A stretch of 30,590 nucleotides of DNA from Myxococcales bacterium. GTDB taxonomy: Bacteria; Myxococcota_A; Polyangia; GCA-2747355. Positions 15,381 through 27,393 of the stretch are shown one piece after another. Each line of letters opens with the position of its first letter. The first letter of the stretch is position 1. The DNA is taken from contig JAGQIK010000117.1 of NCBI GenBank assembly GCA_020431405.1, forward strand, positions 1-30,590. The letters run 5' to 3'. The notes beneath the pieces are model-generated. The model worked only from the letters and a program-made list of their open reading frames with translations. It was not told the origin of the DNA and searched no databases. The position numbers were made by a program, and so were the translations under genes.

Positions 15381-16225
15381 TAGCGATCGTCGAGCGCGCG
15401 CATCAGGCGGTGCCGGTCGCGGCGGCTGGCGAACGGCGGCTCGCCGTCGCCCGCGCCGGCGGGTTGAAGCCCGCCATCGTCGGCCGCGTACCACTTGGGA
15501 AAGAACGACAGCTTCGTCGCGCGCTCGATCTCTTCGATGTCGTCGACCAAGTAGTCGTCGGGTGACTTGTTCTTCGGCGCGTCTTGCGGGATGCGGAAGG
15601 CGAAGACGTCGACGTTGCTCATGCGGTTCCACGGATAGCGGAACGGATCGGCCATCACGTAGAAGTACGCCTCGGGCAGCGGCACCTGGCTGCCGTTGGG
15701 GCGCTCGATGATCTCGGGGTCGTCGCCGAAGATCGGTCCAGCGATGGCCCAGACGTGGTCCTTGTCGGGGGTGTCCTCGATCTTGCGGATGGCGTCTTCG
15801 AGCTTGGCCCACACGCCGGTGTTGAGCGTGCCGCGCTGTGGGCTCATGTTCGACATCAGGAACGTCTCCATCTGCGCCAGGCGGCCGAACTGTTCATTGA
15901 TCGCCTGGTTGGGGACCATGTGACCGACGTGGTAGCCATCGCCGAAGGTCTCCGACCCGACGCGCAGTGCTTCATCGAGGCGCGCATCGTCGTAGTAGAG
16001 GTGCGGACGATCGTAGTCCACGGCGGCCTTGGCGTGCGCTACGCGGTAGGCCGCCCACGTCGGCTGCATGCGCTTGGGGCAGAACCCGACGGCGAAGCCA
16101 TGGTTGACGAGCACCACGACCGGGTTGTCCTTGTCGCCGTTGAGTGGTCGGCCTTGAAAGCAGTAGAGGTCGAGCAAGTAGGCCAGATGTTGGCTGCTCG
16201 GATGGACTGTCGTGAAGTCGGTCAT
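15380..16225 (-). CDS. DNA/RNA non-specific endonuclease of the Serratia NucA / EndoG family (a beta-beta-alpha-metal-finger nuclease), with no signal peptide.
   Basis: The catalytic His motif GYHVGHMVPN corresponds to DRGH. The metal-ligand Asn motif FLMSNMSPQ matches the EndoG motif TFYLSNVAPQ. The N-terminus is not hydrophobic. Its start overlaps the upstream gene's stop (ATGA at 16222-16225). Confidence 0.8.
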   Translation of the reverse strand: MTDFTTVHPSSQHLAYLLDLYCFQGRPLNGDKDNPVVVLVNHGFAVGFCPKRMQPTWAAYRVAHAKAAVDYDRPHLYYDDARLDEALRVGSETFGDGYHVGHMVPNQAINEQFGRLAQMETFLMSNMSPQRGTLNTGVWAKLEDAIRKIEDTPDKDHVWAIAGPIFGDDPEIIERPNGSQVPLPEAYFYVMADPFRYPWNRMSNVDVFAFRIPQDAPKNKSPDDYLVDDIEEIERATKLSFFPKWYAADDGGLQPAGAGDGEPPFASRRDRHRLMRALDDR

Positions 16226-17079
16226 GCTGCACCGCCGTTGCTCGCATCGTCGTGATCGTCATCGTCTCCGTCTTCGTCGCGCAGCGCGGCGAAAGGCGAG
16301 CCGGCGGCGAAGTAGCTCACGCGTTTGGTGCTCGGCAGCCCTTGCTTGTCGCCGCTGCCCGCGACGGCGAGCTCGCCGGCGTCGAGCTGGCGCAGCGCCT
16401 TGTAGTGGCCGTCTTCGTAGCGCAGCTGCACCGCTTGAAACGCGAAGACCAGCCGCGGATCGCCGCTGAACGTGAGCGCCGACTCGCCCGCCGAGCTCGC
16501 CTTGACGCCGACCTTGGCGCCCACCAGCTGCTTGATCTCGTCGACCTTGACGCCGACGTCGACGTTGCCTTCGTCCTTGGCGCTGACCTTGAGGTTGTTG
16601 CTCTTGAGCACGGTGGCGAGCACGTACAGCTCGTCCGCATCGAGCAGGCGCTTGGTGTTCTGCGCGTGCGGGTTGACCTCTGCCGTGGCGAGGAACTTGT
16701 CGAGGGCGATGATGCTGATCTGGTCCATACGCACGTCGTGAAATTCGAACGTCAGCGCCACCGCCTTGCTGTACTTGGCCTCGATGCCAGCGGTGCCGCC
16801 GCCGAGCGCCGCCAGCACGCCCTTGAGCAGCGACAGGCCGAGCGACAGCTCGAGCGAGCGCGTCTGCTTGCCGGCAAGCTGCGGCGTGGCGATGTCTGCT
16901 TCGACCTCGGGTATCGGCTCGGCGCCCGTGTTGAAGAGCTCGCCTAGCGCGCCGAGGCGGCGCAAGCTGCTGCCGCTTCGCTCGGCGAGCGTCAGCACCG
17001 GCAAGCGCTCGCGAGGCAGGCGCACCGCGGAGAAGCCCGAGTCGGCGAGCATGGTCAGCACGGGATCTTTGTTGCCCAT
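16222..17079 (-). CDS. Gasdermin-like pore-forming protein of 285 aa, putatively a bacterial gasdermin, with an acidic C-terminal tail.
   Basis: The protein is beta-rich and amphipathic. LYVLATVLKSNNLKVSAKDEG...ESALTFSGDPRLVFAFQAVQLRYED parallels the GSDMD N-terminal domain YVVTEVLQTQKEVEVT...IPSGSTLAFRVAQLVIDSD. The length fits bacterial gasdermins. The C-terminus DEDGDDDDHDDASNGGAA could be an inhibitory peptide. It is preceded by three caspase-like protease genes. Confidence 0.6.
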   Translation of the reverse strand: MGNKDPVLTMLADSGFSAVRLPRERLPVLTLAERSGSSLRRLGALGELFNTGAEPIPEVEADIATPQLAGKQTRSLELSLGLSLLKGVLAALGGGTAGIEAKYSKAVALTFEFHDVRMDQISIIALDKFLATAEVNPHAQNTKRLLDADELYVLATVLKSNNLKVSAKDEGNVDVGVKVDEIKQLVGAKVGVKASSAGESALTFSGDPRLVFAFQAVQLRYEDGHYKALRQLDAGELAVAGSGDKQGLPSTKRVSYFAAGSPFAALRDEDGDDDDHDDASNGGAA

Positions 17080-17113
17080 CTGTCTGTCTCCTCGTGCGCC
17101 GAAGCGGCGGCGG

Positions 17114-18490
17114 CTAGATCAACGTGGCGGCGGGATCGCCGTGAAGAACGAAGCTGGTGCGGTCGAAGGCGGTAAGCTTGGCGGTGGTCGCCTCGCGCGC
17201 GATCTTCTTGCGGTCGACGCCGGCGTCGCCCGACCAGCGGGTCAGCGCGTCGCGGCTCTGGCTGAGCAGCGCGCCCACGCCGACAGTGAACCCAGAAAGC
17301 GCACGCCCGATGGTGCTGCCGCTGTACAGCCCGTTGACCAGCGCGACGCGTACGTGATCAGCGAGCAGCTGCTGGTTGTCGATCAACGTCCAGTTGAAAG
17401 TTGGCTCGACGTGCCCGATGAACGCGCGCGCGGGGTGCGGCCCGCCGAGCAGCGCGCGCGCCAGCGGGCTCGAGCGCGCGCCGAGCGCGCCTACCGCGTC
17501 GAGCATCTCGCGAATGGGGCCATCGCTGAGCAGCGGCGCAAACACCGAGCCATCGTCGCTGCCGCCCGAGCAGCAGGCGTGGACGTACCAGATGGCCCCG
17601 CTGGCGGCGACGGCGGCGGCGACGGCCTGCGGATCGACGGCGGCGCCTCGCGTGTCCACCGGCGCACCGAGGCGCGCGCGCGCCTGCGCGCTGTCGAGCT
17701 TGCTCGTCAGACCGTGGCTGCTGCAGACCACGAGCGCTGGCTTTTCGCGCGACAGCACGTCGAGCAGCGCGTCGACGTTGGCGTCTTTGCCTTCGAGAAG
17801 GCGCGCGCCAGCGCGCGTGTCGGCGTCGGCGGCGAGCGCGCGGTGCACCGGCATCGCCACCGCGGGCTTCATCAGGTGCGTGATGTCGTCGGGGTCGTTG
17901 TCGTGGGTGACCGCGAAGACCAGCGACTGCGCGCGCTGTGCGGGCGCGGGCGGCTGCGCTGCGAGCAGCGCGTCGACGTAGCGGCCGAGGGCGTCGTCGT
18001 CGTCGTCGTCGTCGAGATCGAGGCGACCGACGTAGAGCCCCGAGAGGCCGGCCTGATATTGCAGCGCCCAGGGCAGCGCCTGCGGGCTGCCGAACAACAG
18101 CAGGTACGTCGGGATGCGTCCTGCGCCGGCGCCGCGCGGCGTGCCGACCAGCGGGCGCGCCTGGCCGTCGACCCACAGCCTTCGCGGGTCGCCGCGGTAG
18201 CGCAGCACCTTGGCGCCCGGCCGCGCCGCGAACAGCCGCTGCAACGCCGCAGGTGCGCCATCGAGCCGCGCGCGCGCGCTGTCGTCGAGCGCGTCGTCGT
18301 CGGGCAGCACGACGCCCCAGCCGACGTCGGGATGTGCAGGCGAGTTGGGATCGGGCGCGCCAGGCCAGGCCATCAGCGATTGCTCGCGTGCGGCGACACG
18401 CGCGTTGGCGAAGGCCAGCGCGTTGGGCGTCTCGTCGAGCAGCGCGCCCTCGCCGGCGACGTAGGCGTCGATGCGCAGCGCTTCGCTCAA
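17114..18490 (-). CDS. Caspase-like protease (peptidase C14 / CHAT-type His-Cys dyad) of 458 aa.
   Basis: The His motif PALVVCSSHGL aligns with caspase FVCVLLSHG. The Cys motif IWYVHACCSGG aligns with QACRG. There is a poly-Asp run (DLDDDDDDDA). Its start overlaps the upstream stop (ATGA at 18487-18490). Confidence 0.7.
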   Translation of the reverse strand: MSEALRIDAYVAGEGALLDETPNALAFANARVAAREQSLMAWPGAPDPNSPAHPDVGWGVVLPDDDALDDSARARLDGAPAALQRLFAARPGAKVLRYRGDPRRLWVDGQARPLVGTPRGAGAGRIPTYLLLFGSPQALPWALQYQAGLSGLYVGRLDLDDDDDDDALGRYVDALLAAQPPAPAQRAQSLVFAVTHDNDPDDITHLMKPAVAMPVHRALAADADTRAGARLLEGKDANVDALLDVLSREKPALVVCSSHGLTSKLDSAQARARLGAPVDTRGAAVDPQAVAAAVAASGAIWYVHACCSGGSDDGSVFAPLLSDGPIREMLDAVGALGARSSPLARALLGGPHPARAFIGHVEPTFNWTLIDNQQLLADHVRVALVNGLYSGSTIGRALSGFTVGVGALLSQSRDALTRWSGDAGVDRKKIAREATTAKLTAFDRTSFVLHGDPAATLI

Positions 18491-19797
18491 AGCTGACCTC
18501 GCAGCGTGGCGAGCGTGGCCTCCGCCGCAGCGCGCTTGTCGGGCGGCAACGCGGGCAGCGACGCCTCGAGCACCTGGATAGCGACGAGCAGATCGCCGCT
18601 GGCGCCAACGGCTTGCAGGCTATCGCGGCGCTCGAACAGCACGGGCGCGACCCAGCGCTTGTCGATGGGCGCGTGCTGCGGGCGCGGGTCGGGCACCAAG
18701 CGCTGTCGCGGCGAGAGCATCAGCTGCGGCCAGCTGAGCGTCTTGACGTCTTCTGGCTTCTGCAGCGCTTCGAGCAGTCCTGCGTAGAAGGCCCGCGAGA
18801 ACGTGCTCAGGTCGCCGAAGTCCATGATGTCGCTCATGCCGATCGCGGCGTGAAAGCGCTTCTGCACCAGCGTGCGTCCCATCGAGCGGCTGGTATCGCC
18901 CGGGCGCGCGCCGCGACAGCAGCCGAGCACCGCGACGAGCGGGTCGAACGCGGGCTTGGCGCGGGCCACGGCGTCGATGATGTCGTCGGGGTAGATGTAG
19001 ATCGAGCCGGGGGCGTTGAGCTCGGCGTCGATCACGTCGGAGACGATCAGATAGGGCGAGCGCGTGGCCTCACCGTGGCAGAAGACGTGAAGCACGTGCG
19101 GGCGAGACGCAGCGAGCGCCTCGAGGAGCGCGGGTCCGCCGCCGCGCTTGATCTCCTCGACGCGCAGGCGCGGCGTGCCGTTGGCCGCGGGCGCGCTGGC
19201 GGCGGGATGCGCGGCGGCCTCCTGCAGCACCTCCTTGTCGGCGGCCAGTAGGTGCAGCGTCGCTTCGCGCCCGTCAGCGAGCACCGTGTCGCGCAGCGCG
19301 CGCCACTCGGGTGTCGCTTTCCAACCTTGCGCGCCGAGCACGGCGAATACGCGCAAGCCCTCGCTGATGTCCACGGCGAAGCGCTCGTCGTCTCCGCGCC
19401 GCGCTACGTCGCGAACGACGCGGCTTACCGGCCAGCCGTCGAGCGAGATGAAGCGCGGTGGGTCGCCGGCGTTGGCACTGGCGCAGAGGCACTCCCAGGG
19501 CAGCGAGTCGACGTCGTTGCCGGCGAGGTCGAGCACCACCGAGCCGCCGTCGACCAGCAGCTTGACCACGCCGTTGTGCACGCCCGGGTTGTCCTTGACG
19601 AGCCCGTCGAACAGGCGCTTGCCCAGCGCCTCGGTGTTGGCGTCGTCGAAGGCGGCGCCGAGGAAGGCCTGCACCTCGGCATCGCTGCTGTCGAGCTCGA
19701 GCGTCGATTCGTGACCCCAGCCGGGGATGTTCTCGGGCCGGTCGAGCTCGACCTTGGTGCCGTCAGGCCGTTCGCGGATGCGCAGCACGAGCTTCAT
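18487..19797 (-). CDS. CHAT / caspase-like protease of 436 aa, starting at MKLVLRIRE.
   Basis: GGAGG lies 6 nt upstream of the ATG at 19795-19797. The His motif HVLHVFCHGEA aligns with CHAT HFAGHG. The Cys motif LVAVLGCCRGA aligns with LVVLSAC. The longer ORF in the track (to 19968) has an Arg/Pro-rich leader that looks like an artefact. Confidence 0.7.
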   Translation of the reverse strand: MKLVLRIRERPDGTKVELDRPENIPGWGHESTLELDSSDAEVQAFLGAAFDDANTEALGKRLFDGLVKDNPGVHNGVVKLLVDGGSVVLDLAGNDVDSLPWECLCASANAGDPPRFISLDGWPVSRVVRDVARRGDDERFAVDISEGLRVFAVLGAQGWKATPEWRALRDTVLADGREATLHLLAADKEVLQEAAAHPAASAPAANGTPRLRVEEIKRGGGPALLEALAASRPHVLHVFCHGEATRSPYLIVSDVIDAELNAPGSIYIYPDDIIDAVARAKPAFDPLVAVLGCCRGARPGDTSRSMGRTLVQKRFHAAIGMSDIMDFGDLSTFSRAFYAGLLEALQKPEDVKTLSWPQLMLSPRQRLVPDPRPQHAPIDKRWVAPVLFERRDSLQAVGASGDLLVAIQVLEASLPALPPDKRAAAEATLATLRGQL

Positions 19798-21104
19798 GCG
19801 TCGCCTCCGTCGCGCCTGCGCAGCGCGTCGACGTCGATCTCGGGCGGCGCGTCGCTGCTCTCGAGGAGCTTGGTGAGGTACTCGAGGGCAGCGCGTTGGC
19901 CGCGGCTGGTGCCGGCCGCGCTGTCGAGGCGCGCGGCGGTCTGGCGCACGAAGGCTTCGGCGCGCCACAGCTCGGGTTGCGCGTCGACGGTGCTCTCGAC
20001 GCGCGCCAACATCGCGTCGAGCTCGCTGCCGCTGCGCGCGTTTTCGAGCGCCTCGGGCGACGAGTAGACGCGCACACCGGGCGCGCCGTGAAGATCCTGC
20101 AGGCTGAACGGCTGGTGCTGCTCGAAGGGCAGCAGCGCGGCGAACAGCGCGTCGCCGACGTCACCGCCGACCTGCTCGCGCGCGTCGAGCACCGCGACCG
20201 TGCCGGCGCGCGAGCGGGCGATCGTGTCAGCCAGGCGCAAGAGCCCGCTGCGCGAGTAGCAGTCGTGCGCCATCACGACGGCCAGCGCGCTGCAGCCCAT
20301 GTAGTCGAGAGCCGCGATGAGCTGTTGGGATCCGACGTAGCGGCTCGCGCCGACGCGCTCGAGGTGCGGCGACTCGGCGACGGCGAGCACGCCGCTGCCC
20401 TGTGTGTACACGCCGTGGCCGACCACGGCGAAGAGATCTACCGGCCCATCGATACTAGTCACCATCCAGCGCAGCCACGGATCCCGGATGCGCCGCGTTG
20501 GCGACGCCGCCGCGCTGTCCGTTAGATCAGCCGGCGGGTGATGCACGCTGACGTTGGGCGGCACCATCTGCTCGACCTGATCGACGAGCGGCGCGTCGGT
20601 GAACACGTGTGTCTGCACGCCGGCGCCGAAGAGCGCGTCGGCGCCGCGCGCCAGCTGCGCACAGGTGTCGGGCACGCTGTAGCGCATCTCGTCGTCGGGC
20701 AGGCTGGCCCAGATCGCGGCGCAGGGCTGACGCCGCCGCGGCGCGTGCGCCACGTCGAGCCCGAGGCGCACCACGGTGCGCGCGAGCTGCGGCGCGAGCC
20801 AGCGCTCCCACGGCAGCAGCGGCAAACGGCTGCTCGCCGGCGCCACCCACAGCCAGACGCCAGGCTCGTTGGCGAAACGATGCGCGTGCGCGGCGACGCT
20901 CTGTAGCCCGGCGGGAAGCGCGTCCGGCGGATCGATCACTTCGGTGGCGGCGAAGCGGATCTCCGAGGGCAGCCCGATTTCGCTGACAGGGCAGCTGCCG
21001 GCGATCTCTCTCGCGTCGCCTTCGACCAGCGCGAGCTCGACGGTGTCGTCAGGCCCGAATCCAACCTCGAGCCGCGGCCCGCTCATCTGTGGCGGCGCTC
21101 TCAT
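19794..21104 (-). CDS. Third caspase/CHAT-like paralogue of about 436 aa, possibly degenerate or regulatory.
   Basis: GGGGAG lies 5 nt upstream of the ATG at 21102-21104. The His-Gly motif LFAVVGHGVYT and the downstream Cys motif LAVVMAHDCYS echo the dyad. Its stop overlaps the next gene's start (ATGA at 19794-19797). Confidence 0.55.
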   Translation of the reverse strand: MRAPPQMSGPRLEVGFGPDDTVELALVEGDAREIAGSCPVSEIGLPSEIRFAATEVIDPPDALPAGLQSVAAHAHRFANEPGVWLWVAPASSRLPLLPWERWLAPQLARTVVRLGLDVAHAPRRRQPCAAIWASLPDDEMRYSVPDTCAQLARGADALFGAGVQTHVFTDAPLVDQVEQMVPPNVSVHHPPADLTDSAAASPTRRIRDPWLRWMVTSIDGPVDLFAVVGHGVYTQGSGVLAVAESPHLERVGASRYVGSQQLIAALDYMGCSALAVVMAHDCYSRSGLLRLADTIARSRAGTVAVLDAREQVGGDVGDALFAALLPFEQHQPFSLQDLHGAPGVRVYSSPEALENARSGSELDAMLARVESTVDAQPELWRAEAFVRQTAARLDSAAGTSRGQRAALEYLTKLLESSDAPPEIDVDALRRRDGGDA

Positions 21105-21257
21105 CTGTGCTCCCCGCGCGCGACCGCGCGCTCCACCCGCTCCGTCCCGTACGCCCATGCGAACACAGATACGCATGATTTGCGGCTTGCGGAGGTTGTT
21201 ATGTACCAGAAAAAGGCGCGGCTGTGTTGCGCGACACGTAGCGCGGCGCGCGTGCGG

Positions 21258-22013
21258 CTAGAGCAGCGCCATCACCACGCCCGAGCCCAGCACGGCGAAG
21301 AACACGACCCAGCGCACGAGCCTGGCGCCGCCTTCGCGCACCTGCAGGCGTACGCCGATGTAGGCGCCGAGCAGCATGCCGACGGCGAGCGCGCCGCCAG
21401 CAGGCCAGTGCACCTGGCGCGCGGCGATGAACAGCGGCAGCGCGAGCAGCGTGTAGACCAGCACGAGCGTCATCTTCACGGCGTTGCCGCGCACCGGCGG
21501 CATGCCGACGGCGCCGACGAGGAACGCGACAAGCGGCAGGCCGACGCCGGCCTGCAGAAAGCCGCCGTAGCCGCCGACGGCGGCGCCGAGCAGATCGTGC
21601 CACCAGGTGGGTTTGCGCGGGCCGCCGGCGGGCGCTTCGAAGCTCTTGGGAAAGACCACGAGCACGATGGCCCAGGCGATGAAGACCCAGCCGAAGATCG
21701 GCTTGAGCAAGCGGCCGGGGATGTGCGTCGCGGCGTAGGCGCCGCCGACGGCGCCGAGGGCGATAGCGGGCGAGAGGCGCGCGGCCATGCGGCCATCGAG
21801 CATGTCGCGGCGCCAGAAGGTGATCATGCCGCTGAGGTTCTGCAGCACGAGGCCGACGCGAAAGGTGCCGTTGGCGACGCCCGGGCCGACGCCGAGGCCG
21901 AGCAGCGTCGGCAGCACGATGAAGCCGCCGCCGCCGGCCATCGAGTTGACGATGCTGGCCGCCACGCCGGCGAGGCCGACCAGCGGCAGCGCGAGGGGCA
22001 GCGCCAGTTTCAA
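21258..22013 (-). CDS. TauE/SafE (DUF81) family membrane exporter.
   Basis: The 251-aa protein has multiple transmembrane segments and Gly-rich motifs (MAGGGGFIVLPTLL, GAAVGGYGGFLQAG) typical of the sulfite-exporter TauE family. Confidence 0.8.
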   Translation of the reverse strand: MKLALPLALPLVGLAGVAASIVNSMAGGGGFIVLPTLLGLGVGPGVANGTFRVGLVLQNLSGMITFWRRDMLDGRMAARLSPAIALGAVGGAYAATHIPGRLLKPIFGWVFIAWAIVLVVFPKSFEAPAGGPRKPTWWHDLLGAAVGGYGGFLQAGVGLPLVAFLVGAVGMPPVRGNAVKMTLVLVYTLLALPLFIAARQVHWPAGGALAVGMLLGAYIGVRLQVREGGARLVRWVVFFAVLGSGVVMALL

Positions 22014-22040
22014 CGCGACTAGCTTAGCAGGCGGCGGCGA

Positions 22041-23087
22041 CTACGAGCGGTCGAGCAGGCGCAGCGTGGCGCGCGTCCTGCTGCCGAGCGGCGCGACGAG
22101 CTCGCGGTTCGCCTCGGTCTCGAGCGGCAGCGCCAGCCCGTCGAGGGCCATCGAGCGCGCGGCGGTCTCGACGACGCGCGCGACGGCGAGCCCATCGACC
22201 GCTCCGCTGCGCGGCGCCACGTTGTGCATCGCGCAATAGACGAAGTGCGCGCACTGCGCCTGCAGCGGCTCGACGCGCGCGATGCGCGGCACGTGCGGGC
22301 GCCCGTCGGCGTCGTAGATCACGAGCTTGGCCAGATCGCGCGTGTCGTCGAAGACCGCGCTGCCGCGGCTGCCGACCACGCGCAGCAGGCGCGTGCGGTG
22401 CGAGTCGACCAGCGAAAGCTCGATCTCGGCGCGCGCGCCGTGCGGCAGGTCGAGCGTGAGCGCCGCGCTCTTGTCGCTGCCGCGCGCGGCGACGCGCAGC
22501 GGCTCGGCACCCGAGAGGGCGCGCACCAGCGAGATGTCGTGCGGCGCGAGCGCCCACAGCGCGTGCTCGTCGCCGTGCAGCGCCTTGTGCGTGCGGCTCG
22601 ACGAGATGGTGTGCACGTCGCCGAGCTCGCCGGCGGCGATCAGCCGCGACAGCTCCACGACCGCCGGGTGGTAGCGCAGGATGTGGCCCACCATCAGCAC
22701 GCGGCCCGACGCGCGCGCGGCGCCTTCGAGCCGCAACGCCTCGCGCGGGCAGAGCGCCATCGGCTTTTCGACGAGCACCGACAGCCCGCGGCGCAGCGCG
22801 GCGAGGCTCAGCGCGCAGTGGCTCTTGGGCGGCGTGGCGATGACGAGCGCGTCGAGGCGCGTGTCGGCGAACAGATCGCCGATATCGTGCGTGACGCGCG
22901 CCCCGGGGCCGCCGTGGTCGTGCGCCCAGGCGCGCGCCTCGGCGTCCACGTCGCAGATCCAGCGCAGCTGCACGTCGGGCAGCGCGCGCAGCACGCGCAC
23001 GTAGTTGCGACCCCAGCGTCCAGCGCCGACGAGGCCGACGGCGAGCTGGCGCAGCTCCGAGCACGGTTTCTGTCTGGCGGCATACAT
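22041..23087 (-). CDS. Gfo/Idh/MocA-family NAD(P)-dependent oxidoreductase.
   Basis: The N-terminal Rossmann fold LAVGLVGAGRWGRNYVRVL, together with EKP (LVEKPMAL) and the spacing of the conserved H/Y region, is the family signature. Confidence 0.8.
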   Translation of the reverse strand: MYAARQKPCSELRQLAVGLVGAGRWGRNYVRVLRALPDVQLRWICDVDAEARAWAHDHGGPGARVTHDIGDLFADTRLDALVIATPPKSHCALSLAALRRGLSVLVEKPMALCPREALRLEGAARASGRVLMVGHILRYHPAVVELSRLIAAGELGDVHTISSSRTHKALHGDEHALWALAPHDISLVRALSGAEPLRVAARGSDKSAALTLDLPHGARAEIELSLVDSHRTRLLRVVGSRGSAVFDDTRDLAKLVIYDADGRPHVPRIARVEPLQAQCAHFVYCAMHNVAPRSGAVDGLAVARVVETAARSMALDGLALPLETEANRELVAPLGSRTRATLRLLDRS

Positions 23088-23138
23088 CGCGCGTCGCTAT
23101 ATGCGACGGTCGGGGATCAGCGCAAGAAAAACCTATGG

Positions 23139-27113
<3,975 letters not shown>

Positions 27114-27393
27114 GGGCTCTTCGGGCGGCGCGAAGCGTGTTCGGCCGGCGGCCGTATCTTACCAACGACCTGCGACTTTTCGCGACAACCTTCTCTGGTC
27201 GCGCGGTGGTCGTCCGCGAACGTCCCGTGTGACTTCGTGATGGTGCCACGGCCTGGGGGCTAGCGCTCCGATCTGGGAGGGCACGCCCCAGATCGCGTCG
27301 GCCCGCTGGCCGGTTATCTCGTCCAACTCGCGGGGAATATGAAGTTCCTTCTGATTGGAAACCCGTGGCATGTGGGTTGCTCTTCCGTGGGAC

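Noticed and set aside
14130-15812. A 560-aa minus-strand ORF bridging the convergent junction at about 15360.
   Set aside because: It would run through the convergent terminator hairpin and overlap two coherent genes on both sides. Its translation is Arg-rich nonsense.
16766-18608. Overlapping ORFs on both strands (a 576-aa plus-strand ORF and a 416-aa minus-strand ORF) within the protease/gasdermin region.
   Set aside because: The caspase-like frame has the His/Cys dyad motifs and translational coupling to its neighbours. The alternatives are low-complexity.
19798-19968. A 57-codon N-terminal extension of the CHAT protease ORF (MARRSLRAPDRRAPRQRGRH...).
   Set aside because: It is extremely Arg/Pro-rich and overlaps the upstream protease gene's 3' end. 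The internal ATG at 19797 has a GGAGG Shine-Dalgarno and gives a sensible N-terminus (MKLVLRIRERPDG).
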